From: Zygnema circumcarinatum SAG 698-1b
Lineage: Eukaryota; Plantae; Zygnematophyceae
Reading direction: 5' to 3'
Assembly (NCBI GenBank): GCA_037447605.1
Contig: CM074808.1
Location: forward strand, 372,001-436,000
Length of the DNA: 64,000 nt
In this document: one piece after another, positions 43,962 through 58,100 of the stretch
How positions within the stretch are numbered: position 1 is the stretch's first letter
Layout of the letters: every line of letters begins with the position of its first letter
The notes under the pieces: generated by a model
The model's input: only the letters and a program-made list of their open reading frames with translations
Told to the model about the DNA's origin: nothing
Database searches by the model: none
Translations under genes and position numbers: made by a program

Positions 43962-46644
43962 CGGGAAAGAAATATTCAAAACAGGGGGCGATCTCCTCCC
44001 GAAATATCCAAAACGGGGAGGGGGCGTAATAGCCGAAATGCGAGGGTCGGATTTCAAAAAAACAGTGGCGGGATAACCAAGAAAAGGGGGGCGGTATATA
44101 GTTCTCCATAATCAATCATAACCTTACAATGACTAACTGTGAGACATGTTGACTCGTTGACTTGTCCATAAGAACCATAAGAAAGCGACCCCTATTTCTC
44201 CACCTTTAGTCCTACTGTTTTCTTCTTATCTCCTACTATTGTCCCCCTCGTGCCCTCTCCCTTTGCCTTTGCGAGCGAGTGCCGCCTTGAGCGCGTCTCC
44301 GAGTGCGCGAGCCAACGGCGGGGGAACCGCGTTTCCAATCTGCCGGTGCTTGGCCTGAGTTGTGCCCCAAAACCTAAAGCTATCCGGAAACCCCTGGCAA
44401 TCACAAAAATAGAAAAACAGAAAGAGAAAGATAGAGAGAGAGAGAGTGAGAGAGAGTGTGTTAATGAGAGTGAGAGAGAGAAGTGAGAGAGGAAGAGAGA
44501 GCACAGATTACTGAGCATTAAAGGAATGCTCGTCTTTAATGTTCTTTTTCAGAAGGGTTGATGGGTCTTGCTGTCTGTACCTGTGAGCGGGCGCACTCCC
44601 TCACAGAGACGATGCGGTCTTGGGAGGGATGGAAGCACATCCCAACTTTCCCCATTGGCTGCGGATCCGTCACGGAGGTCGGAAAGTTTCCCTCCCAATC
44701 GAGCCGCCCGAAGAGGCCCTTCCATTGGTTGTGCCTCACCGCCGTGTTCGGAAGACACCAAGGAATCATCGCAGCTTGTCGTCCGTCGCTTAACCTTACC
44801 TGTTTAAGAAGTAGTTGAAAGAAACAGATTAAAACAGAATAAAAATAAGATAAACAATTGAAAAAAAATCAATAGTTTAATTTAGTTTAGTTTAGTCTAG
44901 TTTAATTTTAGTTTAGTTTAGTCTAGTTTAATTTTAGTTTAGTTTAGTTTTAGTTTAGCTTTTGGATTCTTCCCTTTTACCATGATTTCCGGAAGAGTCC
45001 TCCAGTCGGCCCCCGGGGTCTCCTTTGGAATGTGCTCACACCTCGCCAGATTCAGTTCATTCATCTCCTTCGTTACATGGTCCCGTAGAACGGTTTCCGT
45101 TCCACGCACTTGCTTCTGAAACCAGGACTGCGGCACATCTCCGTACTGCATAGAGCACGTTCTCAGACATGAGATCGTTTCTACAGGACGGGGCCAACTT
45201 ACGGTTCATTGTTCCGTGTAAAACGCTCAAATAAACAACAAAGTGGAAAACAAAGAAAAGAAATGAGATAAAGTAAGAAAAGGGGCAGTAATTAAGNNNN
45301 NNNNNNCGGGAAAGAAATATTCAAAACAGGGGGGCGATCTCCTCCCGAAATATCCAAAATGGGGGAGGGGGGCAGAATAGCCGAAATGCGAGGGTCGGAT
45401 TTCAAAAAAACAGTGGCGGGATAACCAAGAAAAGGGGGGCGGTATATAGTTCTCCATAATCAATCATAACCTTACAATGACTAACTGTGAGACATGTTGA
45501 CTCGTTGACTTGTCCATAAGAACCATAAGAAAGCGACCCCTATTTCTCCACCTTTAGTCCTACTGTTTTCTTCTTATCTCCTACTATTGTCCCCCTCGTG
45601 CCCTCTCCCTTTGCCTTTGCGAGCGAGTGCCGCCTTGAGCGCGTCTCCGAGTGCGCGAGCCAACGGCGGGGGAACCGCGTTTCCAATCTGCCGGTGCTTG
45701 GCCTGAGTTGTGCCCCAAAACCTAAAGCTATCCGGAAACCCCTGGCAATCACAAAAATAGAAAAACAGAAAGAGAAAGATAGAGAGAGAGAGAGTGAGAG
45801 AGAGTGTGTTAATGAGAGTGAGAGAGAGAAGTGAGAGAGGAAGAGAGAGCACAGATTACTGAGCATTAAAGGAATGCTCGTCTTTAATGTTCTTTTTCAG
45901 AAGGGTTGATGGGTCTTGCTGTCTGTACCTGTGAGCGGGCGCACTCCCTCACAGAGACGATGCGGTCTTGGGAGGGATGGAAGCACATCCCAACTTTCCC
46001 CATTGGCTGCGGATCCGTCACGGAGGTCGGAAAGTTTCCCTCCCAATCGAGCCGCCCGAAGAGGCCCTTCCATTGGTTGTGCCTCACCGCCGTGTTCGGA
46101 AGACACCAAGGAATCATCGCAGCTTGTCGTCCGTCGCTTAACCTTACCTGTTTAAGAAGTAGTTGAAAGAAACAGATTAAAACAGAATAAAAATAAGATA
46201 AACAATTGAAAAAAAATCAATAGTTTAATTTAGTTTAGTTTAGTCTAGTTTAATTTTAGTTTAGTTTAGTCTAGTTTAATTTTAGTTTAGTTTAGTTTTA
46301 GTTTAGCTTTTGGATTCTTCCCTTTTACCATGATTTCCGGAAGAGTCCTCCAGTCGGCCCCCGGGGTCTCCTTTGGAATGTGCTCACACCTCGCCAGATT
46401 CAGTTCATTCATCTCCTTCGTTACATGGTCCCGTAGAACGGTTTCCGTTCCACGCACTTGCTTCTGAAACCAGGACTGCGGCACATCTCCGTACTGCATA
46501 GAGCACGTTCTCAGACATGAGATCGTTTCTACAGGACGGGGCCAACTTACGGTTCATTGTTCCGTGTAAAACGCTCAAATAAACAACAAAGTGGAAAACA
46601 AAGAAAAGAAATGAGATAAAGTAAGAAAAGGGGCAGTAATTAAG
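43962..46644. repeat. Direct duplication of ~1.35 kb (43962-45296 vs 45307-46644) containing the last MET1 exons
   Basis: Identical ORFs recur at an offset of 1348 (44226/45574, 44536/45884, 44939/46287). The copies are separated by a 10-N gap and differ mainly in the first ~80 bp. Confidence 0.95.
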
Positions 46645-49600
46645 AGAGTTACGCACCTCAATTTCCTCTTTGCTTGCTCCGTTTCCGACAGGTGGCAAGT
46701 CCCCAATGGTATCCCGAACAGTAACTGAACGGAACGGCGCCCCTTTCCCTGCGTGAGGAACTGCCACATAGATCTGCCCTTTGCTGTTGAGAGAGACGCC
46801 GGTCTGGGAGCTCGCGAACACGTGGCGCTGCTTCGGCCAATCAGGGAGCACCTCTCCCGGAGCCGCCGCCCATATAAACGCCCGTTTCCGTGATTGGGCA
46901 ACTCCGTAATTTCCAGCTTGGAGGACCCCAAATCGAACCTGAACGGAAGAGAGAAGAGTAAGAAACTGAAAATGAACGCATTCCTGTTCCCGAAGGGGTG
47001 TAGGCGGGGAGAGAGAGGGAGAGAGGGGCGGGAGGAGAAAGATGGGGGGAGGGAGAAAAGAGGAGGTAGGGGACAAGGGGGAGAGTCGGAGAAGGGGGAG
47101 AGGTGGAAAGGGCGGACAGAGTGGGGAATGGGAGGGCGGGGAGGAAGGGTTTGGGAAGGAAGAGAGAGAGAGAAGGAGGGGAGGGGGGTGGGAAAGGGGG
47201 AAAGTGGTGAGAGAGGGAGAGACGGGAGGGAGGGGAGAGGAGGGAGAGCGAGAATGTGCACATACCTGGTAACCCATGGCTAAGAGAGAGGCGAGAGTGA
47301 GGCGAAAAGTTTGGCCCTTGTTGAAAGACACGAAATTTCGCACATTTTCCAGCAAGAAGTATCGTGGTCGGAGATAGTCCGCAAAGGAAAGAAAAGACAA
47401 AATCATTTCACACTGCACTTTACTCCACGTGCGGTTATTGAACCGATTCATGCCAGAAAAGCCCTGCATTGAAGGGACCCCAACATGATTAAAAGTAAAA
47501 CAGACAACCCACACAGGTTTGATTTTTAGATCAAAGCATCTGTTCAGCTTATGCGATCAGTTCCACAGTCAGCTTATAAACAAACCAGAGGTTACAGTTT
47601 CATGGTTCAAAATCCACTCAAAACTGGATAGAGTTGCCTCCTCGAGGAGCAACGAGGTGGATGCAAGCTTTCAAAAGAGCAATTTTTGAACCTTCAAAAT
47701 GAAATGAAGTAAATATATCGTACCTGGCAGGGGGGACCCCCATTGATAAAGTCCACTTGGCCAGGCATTGGTAACTTCGCTTTTTTGTCTTCAGGAATTG
47801 CGGCAGCCTGCTCGACTGCCTCCGGGCTGGACAAACAGTCCTCTGCGTCTCCACCTTTTTCCATGATGCTCCTGGGATAACACCAGTATGGGAGAGAGTG
47901 TGGAAGGAGGGGAGGGAGGGGGGGCGAGAGAGAGAGGGAGAGAGGGGGGGGAAGGGAGACGTGAGGGGAATGGGCAGAGATGCGAGCGGGAGGGTGAGGG
48001 CGGTGGGGAGAGGGGGAGGGGAGGGGCAGAGGAGAGAGGGAGAGAGAGTCAGAGAGAAAGAGATGGGGGAGGGGAAGGAGATAAGCGATTTAGCAAGGCC
48101 ATGATTTTGAGCTGGCCAGATCGACCCTAAAGAGTACCTCAAAACCACGTTGCAGTTTTCGCAGAAAACTTCCGCGTCCAGGTGGTTCAGAGCAAAGGCT
48201 TCAGCTGCTGGGCGTTCATATTCAATAGCCCATTTAGTGCGGCACACTCCTGCACAAGGAGAGAGTGTGTAAGAGAGAGAGGGGAGGGAGAGAGAGGATA
48301 GAGGAGGGGAAAAGAGAAGAGTCGAGTTGTTTACATTTTTTAAGTTATGAAGTTTTTTTGAGTTTTGAAGCTTCAAAACCTTCCTGGGGTTTGCAGGTGT
48401 TTGCTGTCCGGCATTTTTGGGTTTTTTTGTGAAAACGGAGCCTTTTGGGTTGAAAAAATTACTGCTAACCTGACTGCTGTAATCCTTCCGAAAGACCCCC
48501 ACACCCTGCAAACACATCAAGAGTATCGAGCCTTGTATATTTTCCAATGTCAACTTCCTTCTCAATGGCTTCGCAATTCTCTGCCATTTTCCCCTTTCCT
48601 TTGATAATGGCTTCCGCTTCGTCCGAATCGATAGGCATTTTTCCTTTGAATTTTAGCCTAGCCACTGCTGTCTCAGAAATTCTTGTGGAGAATTTCACAT
48701 CTCTAGGCACCTGCATGGTAGAGGGACAAGAAAGTTTAAGTAAGACTCGAGGGATGAAACAAAGTGCAGGAAAAAAAATTGAGGTAGCTTCAAAACGAAA
48801 AAGGATCAAGTCCCTACCCCACTGGTTAGTTTGCCAGATTTGGGGTCAAAGCTGCAACAGCAGAAAAATACATCGTCTCCTTCTAAAGACTCGCGGTTCG
48901 ATCCCTCTTGAAATATTTCACATTTTCCCATGACTTCAGTCACGTTCACAGTGGCCATTTTTTGGGAGCAATAAACCTGCTCCATCAAACAATAAAGGTA
49001 AATATTTCAGGAAGGATTCAACGCAACTGATTGATAGAATTGGTGAGCATAAAGAGCTTAAAAAACTGAAAGCTGAAGGCACCCATCTAGATTAGACTCA
49101 GCTTTGAACACTTGTACTAAGGGAGAGAGAGCGGCGTAAGGAGGGAGAGATAGAGCGAGGTGCGAAGAAAGAGAGGGAGAGACTTTAAATAGAGCCAGTT
49201 TCACTAACACGCAGAAGCAGAAGAAGTACCTCACGCAGGTCGGATTTGTAAGCCAAATCTTGATTGATGTCCTCCGGCCGGAAGAATCTTCTCACTGTTA
49301 TTTTTTTTGGGACTGCTTTCCCTGATGACTTTTCTATTTTGCTATCCACCTTCACCAGCTGCCCTAAAGCCCACGCCTTCAACCCCACATTTCTGCTTCC
49401 TTTGATTTTTTCTGCTGCGACTTCTCCATCGCCCTCATTGTTGAACGCTTCTACCTCCAAATACATGAAATCATCCATTTTGTATTCTACTCCCCGTAAC
49501 CGAAACCCGCCATTGTTTGAAAGCACGGCAGTCTCATTAGCCATCTGCTCTGCAGCTGCAGCTTCACATGCTCTGCAGTTTCCGTCACCGAGAGAAATTC

Positions 49601-52600
49601 CGTTCGGTAGATCAAAAAAACCCCCTTTCTCAGGACTGTAGAGCTTTTGGTAAAAATACTCCGGCATTAATCCGTCCCGTTGTCGCTCCTTTGCACGTAG
49701 ACTCTCCGCTTCATCATCTGCAAAGTTTTTTTTTCGATGTTGGTGACCCGACGGTCGTTCCCTTCTCTGTAATGAGATGGAATGCCTGTTTTATACCAAA
49801 ATAAAGATCCACATAGTAAGTAACCCACAAGCTATTTACTTTTAGTCAAACCTAAAACCAATCCAGAAAGCCACTAAGGCTCAGAGTCTTCAGTATCTCA
49901 ATTTTCCTTTGTGTTTCGGGTGATACTGTGTGAGGAGTCCCATGGATTCTACATGACATGTCACGTAAATAATAAAGAGGAAAAGGCACTACCTGATGGA
50001 GCCCAACGGAGTATCTTCACATCGCTCCGTCAAGAAGAGCTCTCTCTCACTAGCAACATTCTCAAGTACTGTATCACGTCCGTGCTCCAAAACTCTTCCA
50101 TGTATCATAGAAGCCCCATCTTCTTCCTTATACATGTACTCCACAAGCATAAAGTTCAAACATGGGCTTCCCTCCTCACTCTCCCTCTCCACTACCACTC
50201 CCATACCCACACTTACTTTCTCTCCCTTGATAACAGCATTTGCATACAACCTCAAACCGTTCGAAGTCCTTCCGGTCGATTTCCCAACAAATGTATGGTC
50301 TACATCTGCACCGTTTAGATGTGCCTTTTTGTCAACAAGGAACAGTTTCGTTTTCCCCCTCGTCTTCGGCAAAGTCATAGCACCTTCGACTTCTTCCTCG
50401 TCGCTATCCTCCTCCTGCACCTCCTCCAGTTCATCTCCTCCATTCTCCTCTACCACTTCTTTCATTGTTTCCACTTCAGCTTCGCCTGCCATCAGCGCCA
50501 TCTTCTCATAATAGCTGCTCCATATGTTCTTCACAAGTCTTGTTGTGGTTGCCGGCATAGGCTTCCGCTTTGTAGCATCGGGTCGAAGGTGTGCACTAGG
50601 ATTATTGTTTCGGCCTAATTTTCGAGCAACTTTCAGAGAGACCTTGAGTTTTGTGTGCTGCTTTTCGACCATCATTTGTTCGAGCCCGGATCCGAAGGCA
50701 CTTCTTTGAACGTTTTGGTCTGGATATTCTCGTAGCTGCTGAAGAATAATTTGACCGTGTACGACCATGTACCGCTCAATCTGTTCTAGCTCGTGCTTTG
50801 TGCATGGCTTGCTGTTGTCCTTCCTTCTCTGCAAGGAGAACGGCGAAGGGAGGGTGGGAAGAGAAGAGAGCAAAGAGAAGGGCAAACAGGTTTTTAGGCT
50901 TTGAAGGAAAAAGTGAAGATATTCATAGAGAAACATCCATCACAAAAGGGAAGAACGCACAGCATTTCAAGAGGACTCTTGAGAATCAGAGGAGATAGAA
51001 ATGCATACCTTGTTCGCTATCCTGCTCACAACATCGAGGAAAGAAAGACGGGAAACTCTTGATTCTGCTTTCAACAGAGTAATCACATCGATCGCCAGTC
51101 TCGCAATCTGTAAGATGGGCTCATAGAACGCCTTGTATTGTGCAGAGGGCCGACCCAATCTATACCAAAACATGTCTGTTTTGATCCAAACAAACAGCAG
51201 GTTTGCTCCAAATTCAATCTTCCACTCTCTGATTGCACTCAAATATATTCGGAGACCTCCGCATTCCGTTTTGGCCAATCCATGGCTGCCTTCTCCAATC
51301 TCATTGGTGAGTCCTTCGCCTTTGAAAGAAGAATTTGAAAGATTTTCGTTTGACGTAGAGTTAGTTTCCTCTGGAATGCAATAGCCTCCTCCGTCATCAG
51401 CAGATACAATTCCTGAACCAAAGATGGTAATATCTTCATCTACTCCAGCCAACATTGGCAGCATTTCGAGTGAAATGAGACGCAATTCCCCATTGTAAAG
51501 TGTCCAGTCCTCAAGGAGTTTCTCCTCTCGGTATTGGAAGTCCACCTCATCCTCCCCTTCAAAGACAACGAGCTCGTTACATTCGTCGTCAGACTTCTGC
51601 AGAAATGAAGGAGAATAAAGAGATGATGACCTGCATGAGTTTTTTTGTTTTCAACTCGATTCTGACGATCATTTTCAAAGCGAGTTCATCAGGACTCTCG
51701 CTTAGCTCCTCAAAGTGTGCTTGAAAGGTAAGCTGAGGATGAGCTCACCTTTAAATACGTCGGTTGTGGATAATCCGGAGCAATTTCCTTTTCATTGATC
51801 TTAATGTACGTTTTCAGTGACCCTGCAATGCAACACGTGCACGTGTGAGGTCCACTAGTGAGTGTTGGCTATCCTTCCTTTGATCATTTTTTCACGATTA
51901 GCTTACTTTCACAAAATTGAAATAGAAAGACTTATTCTGCTCACCTTTCATTTGCCGCCCTCCTCCTCGGCCCACACCCATCTTGCGTTCTTCTTTCAGA
52001 GCTAAATTCAGAACATAATCATCTGAAGTGACGATGGAAGCTGCTCCGCCAGAGCTCGATGAGTTTCTGCTCCCATTTCCTTCAACACAAATTGTGATGC
52101 CTTTACTTGACGAACTACGTGCACTTGTTTCCTGCTCCGTAAACGCCAGATGCTCCGCACTTGCGGCAGCCATGGCCCTGCAGAAGACAAAAGCAGAAAC
52201 CATGCTTCAAAAAATCATTTCGTTTTCTTATCACAAAGGTTCCCGATATAGTGTATCGACTAGATTCGGATGCTTTTCGGAGAGAAGGGAGAAGACAATA
52301 GAGAAAAAGAAGGAAGAGAGAGGGGCGGGGAGAGAGAGAGAGAGACAGAGAGAGAGAGAGAGGAGGGGTGGAGAAGGGGGCATGGACGGAGTGCTCCCAC
52401 CTGATAGCCTCCAGGTGGGAAAAGAGCTGGTCATCACCGCTTGCGTGGTGATCGAGCTCTGACAGCTGCTCTGCCACAAAGGCTCCATGCTGCTTCAGCG
52501 GTCCATTTGCAAAATATGCTTTTGCTCCGGCCTTCTCTCTGTTCCTCATAGCCTCTGAAACCTTTCCTACAAGCTCTGAAAAAATTAAATCTGGATTCCC

Positions 52601-54197
52601 GCCGTCGGGTTTGGATAAGGCACGGAACACCTCCACACAAAGATCTGCTTTTTCCTGCAAAGAAAAAGATAATCCAAGCATTAGAAGCGAGCGAAACTGT
52701 TGTTAGTGCGTTGATTGTTCCACGGTTGACTCTCTAGAATTGGGGCTTTCGGGGCCCAAGGACCTATACAGTACTTGTGATCTGAATGCGAATGCAGTAA
52801 GAAATAAGAAACTCTCACCTGCAATTTTTCAAAGAATTTCCGATATTTTGGAGCTGGCTTGCTAATTATATAATCCGCTGATTCGGTCGAGACACGGATC
52901 GTAGCTGGGGAAGGACTCTTATATCCCTCAATATGCCAAGTGATGATTGGTCCAATATCCAAACAGCGAAATCCCTGTGGAAAGTCCATTGAAAAGGTAC
53001 GATATCTCCACGGTTAGTAGATGTTCCTACTGTTCAAATCTTTAGCTTCAATGTATCTATCTACCCGACAAGTCAGAGAGTGAGGGACTGGGAGGGATAG
53101 AAGTATAAACTATACAGAACATACAGAATATATAGAATATACACAGATTAATGGAATATCAAGGCGGTAGACCTATTTTGGATTTGCAAGAATCATCTAC
53201 TGACCGTAATGTATTATTCTCTCGTAGAAACAAGCAATAATAGAGAAATAGCAAGTAGAGAGGGAAGAGAGATGGAGAGAGTGGGAGGGATAGGACCAAG
53301 AGGCAAAAGAGGAGAGAGGGAAAGAGAGAGAGAGACAGATTGGTTTACCTGAGACTTGCAGAGAGGCTTGCTGTATGGCAGTATTAGGCCCTCCATGTAC
53401 AGGGAAGCATCCTCAGCCCATGCCATGGCTTCCAGCGCCATGGCTTCCCCCTCCTCGTTTGTGATCATGAAGTCCAAAAGTCTCCGCAGAGGAGTCCCCT
53501 CTGAGTCCACCCCTTCAGAGCACATGGTATCTGCAACAGCTGCCGCTTCTGCAAAGAAGTATTGCATTGCAATCAAATTGAATTGAATTTAATTGAAACG
53601 AATCGAATCGGGTTAGACCGCATGAGCATGACCCAAAAAAACAAAACTAGGTGCGAAAAATGTGGCGCAGTCATCGAGGAAGGGGATCGCAACGAAGGAC
53701 AAACATGGTTTGTTTGAGAGGATGGTTCACTTAGAGCGGCGGGAGAGCGAACGAGGGAGTGTGTGAGAGAGAGAGAGAGAGAGTGGGAGAGAGAAAGAGA
53801 GAGAGTGGGAGAGAGAAGAGAGAGAGTGGAAGTGAGAGAGAGAGGGGGGATCACCTCTAGGTCAAAACTGAATCACCACTTGCATTCCGCGTCCATCCCT
53901 CTCACCTGTATCCGCCACCCTCTCCTTCTTCAAAGGTATCACGGCATCTTCATCCCTTTTTTTCATTTTTTTCTCCTTGTAAGTCACATTTGCCTTCGCT
54001 GTCAATCGCCTGGGCCTGTTGTTGTGATAAGTAGGAGAAATTTCGTCGCTTTCTTCACACGCTACCTCTTCTCCTCTGCTCTCAGATCCGCATGACTGCT
54101 TCACAGTTTTTAACTTCTTTAACTTATTTCCCTTCTGAGCCGTATGGGGGGGGCGCTTCCTCTGGTTCATTGAAAAAGCAGCCTCAACATCCGCCAT
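45574..54197 (-). CDS. MET1: Maintenance CG DNA methyltransferase MET1 (2 RFTS, 2 BAH, C5-MTase)
   Basis: [24 protein letters not shown]; RFTS1 ([23 protein letters not shown]); RFTS2 ([33 protein letters not shown]); BAH regions; [82 protein letters not shown]. Confidence 0.97.
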
Positions 54198-54505
54198 GGT
54201 TACGTCTGCTACTTTCCCAGCTCTATTCCTGCACTCTTCTGCTGCTCTCCCCTCCACCTCTCTCTATCTCTCCCTCTCCCCTCCCCCCTCACCAGTCTAC
54301 CTGCCACTTGGCGCCACTCTCTCCGTTCCCTCCCACCCTCCCTCTCTCTACCCACACCCCTTCTCTCCCCCTCTTCCTCTTCCATTCCCCGCGCCCATTC
54401 ACTTCCACTCCTTCCCTCTCCCACTCCCCCCTCTCCCCCCTCTCCCCCCCCACTCCCTCCCTCTCCGACCATCCCTGGAGACAGCGAGAGATTGAGAGGG
54501 ATGCG

Positions 54506-54573
54506 TTTGGCGCGGGGGGCGAAAGTTCGTATTCAATTGCGGCAGCCGAAAGGAGAGACGGATTCGCGCCAAA
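54506..54573. promoter_or_regulatory. Pair of inverted E2F sites upstream of MET1
   Basis: TTTGGCGC at 54506-54513 and GCGCCAAA at 54566-54573, ~310-375 bp upstream of the ATG. MET1 is an established E2F target in plants. Confidence 0.7.
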
Positions 54574-55140
54574 ACCTGCAAAATTTTTATGCGGTCCAGC
54601 AAAGCAACTTTGGGCAGAAAAAATTCAGAATCGATTTTTAGTACATTTTTCACTTCATTACATTTTCTTTTTCATATTATATTGTTTTTCCATTTTCTAC
54701 AGTATATGGCATCGTCCATCGTGAGAACAATGCCACATCCGCCCCTCGATGTAAATTTCCTTCTCTTTATCTTCTTAAAATTTATACTGAGTCGTGCCCT
54801 CGTCAAGTTTGCAAGAGTGTCAGACGTGCGTCCAGTTGACGGTTTTTTCTTCTAATAAAGGCACATGTTAGAGAGTTCATTGTGATGAACAAGGATCGAC
54901 AAGGATGTCGCTATTCTCTTCCATGCAATACGGATATTTTTTGGGTTGCAAATAGAGTTCTGTGCAGGCAGGCAGGCGAATTCATGATGCATGCATGGCC
55001 ATGCAACTGCATCACAGCCACATATACATGTATGAGACCAAACCAAAACGTGAGCTCAGCAGATAAAGTTTCTAAAGGGGCGCAATAGACATGGCTTCTG
55101 TCCAACCAGGCACTACGCGAGTCTCTGACCCACCCAACAG

Positions 55141-58100
55141 CTACACCAGTGTCCTCCTTTCCTTGCGCAAGCTACCCTTACCAGTTGATGTCCAATTCCT
55201 GCTAAAGAAAAATCCCAACAAACTCCCTCCTCTAATTTCCCTCCTTTCCAAACCCGCACCCTGCCCCTCGTCCTCCCCCTCATCGGCCCCAACACTCATC
55301 AGTCTCCGTACATTCTTTGAAGGCTGCGTCTCCTTCACCGTCTCCTTCACCTCAATCTTTGAAACTTCGGTTGCATTGGGTGCCTGTTTCGACCCTTTCG
55401 TTGTCGTCGAGTTCTGTAGCTCAGCTCCTTCCTTTAGCGCCGTTATCTCCATATCAGACGGCCCACTCTGAGAGCCCTTTGTCTCCGAAGACTTAGCCTC
55501 TGCAGCCTTTTCGGACTCAGTCTCATCCTGTGTACCTTCTTCCACTGTTTCTTCTTCCTGTGATCCAAAAATCACCGGGTCGTCCCACATCATATTCACC
55601 ATCATGTTTGTCAAGGTCAAGGAAACCACGTGAGGAAACAAATTAGGGTTCCAGCAGCAGTCTTGAATCTCCTTTGTGCCGTGATCGCACCGGACCCCTC
55701 CCATTGAACATTTCCGAGGGTAGAAAACGACCCCATCTACAGTTCTGTCCGATCGGGCGAATGCGACATTGAAGGCATCGAGATAGAGGAGGCTCCCGTC
55801 CGCTGTTTGAGCATCACCAGTCAGAGAGAAATGGTCCTGAAACATCTTCTCTACAGCTGAGTTAATAGCGCAAGCTTTTCCAAGGGCGAGATCGTCACCA
55901 GGTTTGGGTCGACCGCAATAGTTATCCTCATCAAATCTGCAAAATGAGCATGATGATGACTTTGTCAGTCATTTCCAAGAAGCCCTTCAAGCACCATAAG
56001 GGATTTGTGTAAGCAAGCTTTCCCCATTTAGACCTTACAGTATGCGTAACATTCACAAGCAAGCCGAATCGGTCGTTCAAATTACTGAACGGGAAGTTAC
56101 CACCTCGATATCCACCCAGTATATCTGTGTATCTGTGTGTGTATAGTGCTGGGTGGATATCGAGGAATAGGTTAAGAACACGGGGTCTATTACTTGTTTG
56201 TTTTCGGACTTACCTGCCCGTATTTGATCTGTATAGTACACGGCCCTTAAAGGGTTTGCCGCACCATGACCGCCGTTCCTTGGGACACTTCAAATTTTCA
56301 ACGAGCTCACGAACAGCTTTGCCAATGTTCTCATCTTCTTCAAATTTTGACTCTTCCGAGACGAGAGTTCCGAACCACGTTCCATAACTAAAAATAAGCA
56401 CATCGTAAGGAGAAGTCGAATTTGTTAATGGACGTTGTTCTTGAAGAGTCGACGTTTCTGGACGGTCTCCCTGCATATATTTCAGCAACATGGGGACAAC
56501 AATTGAGAAGAACGTCTTACCTCAGAGTGTGTCCTTCTAGAAGCTAAGAAATTAAGGAAAAAAAAAAACTGCACGCAAATACCGGGAGGCAGAGAGAGAG
56601 AGAGAGATGGGAGGGAGAAGGGCAAAAAAGGAAAAGGGATATGAGGAGACAGAGGGGAGAGATAGATGGTGTAGAGAAAGGGAGAATGAGGACGAGAGGA
56701 GAAAATGAGGAAGATAGGAGTGAATGGGGGAGAATGGGGGAGAATGAGGGAAAACGAGGGAAACGTGGGACAAGGGAGAAAGTAGAGAGTTGCAAGATGG
56801 ATAGAGAGAGAGAGGACAGGAAGAGAAAAACGTCAGAAGAGTTGTAAGATGCGAGAGTTGAGGATTCCACCCTAAAACATCTTCATTAGAGAGGAAGGGA
56901 ACTAAATTGAGTCCAAGAAACGTACATTCATTACAGCGTGTATTTTGGGCCACCATTCATTTCTCTGGCTAGCTGGAAAATACGCGATTTTGATACCCTT
57001 AGAAGTAAGTGGATTCGGCATGACAATGTCCGCATCTTGCTCGAACGGTTCTTTGTTGAACCCGGCAACAATCCCGTCCCACGATGATTGAAATGTAAGT
57101 TCATCCAGTTGATAGCCTTCAGGATCCTGAAGGATGTCTGGCCCTACACCCTGCTCAAACATGAAAAGTAGCCAAGAGTTACTTATAAAAATTACCAGCT
57201 TTGCCTTCGAATGCAAGCAGGAATAGCATTCTTTGCGACACTCACCCTTAACCAGTTGGAAAAGTCCACAAAATGGCCTTGGACACTTTCGTCTCCCACG
57301 AATGCGATCGACTTCCCCTTGAACCGCCGCAAGAAATCACTTCGCTTCCGAAACGGAATAGCACATGTTCTAGGGGCCCATACATAGTCATCGACAAACC
57401 ATTCATTTATCGCCCCCATAACCTCCTCGCCACATTGACATTCTAGAACATCTCTCCGCACCCACTGCCCGGGCTCGTTAATTGCAGCAGCATCACACGG
57501 ATCACATCCTCGAGCCTCTTCCTCAGGGTTGGGCTCCACTACGAGGTCATAAGGGCTATACATTGTTGAGTATTGATGGAGGGCGGGCGGGAGGAAGGAC
57601 TCATCGGGAAGCGGCCTCTCATGGTTCAGAATTACGCTATCGCACATAACCCAAAGTTTATATTCACCTTCTTGCTGTGGGACATAGTCAACTCGGAATA
57701 CTGACTGTCGGTGCTGGGTAAGTTGTGGAAGAATAATTCCAACTCCTGTCGCCCTAACATAGCAGTGCACAGTTGGACCTGCTGTCCGAATGAAGAAAGT
57801 GGCTTTTTCCATAAGCTTAGCGCGTATAAGGCCACTACCCCAGATACAGGGCTCCTGCAATGGGCTTGAGGAAGCACATCAGACATTCTAGCCACAAAGG
57901 GAATTCTCAGCCATAGGTGGGGGTTAGGACATGGGCTGAGAGGCTGAACAGTGTTGCATGTGCTCAAAAAAGGAGTACAAAACGCAGCTCAGGTCACTCA
58001 CCCATCTGTTCACAGCCAGTTCTGGGCACCAACTCGGAACCTGGTTATCAGCTAGCACCGATCGGAATTCATAACCAATCAAGTTGCCTCGAGCTTGTGC

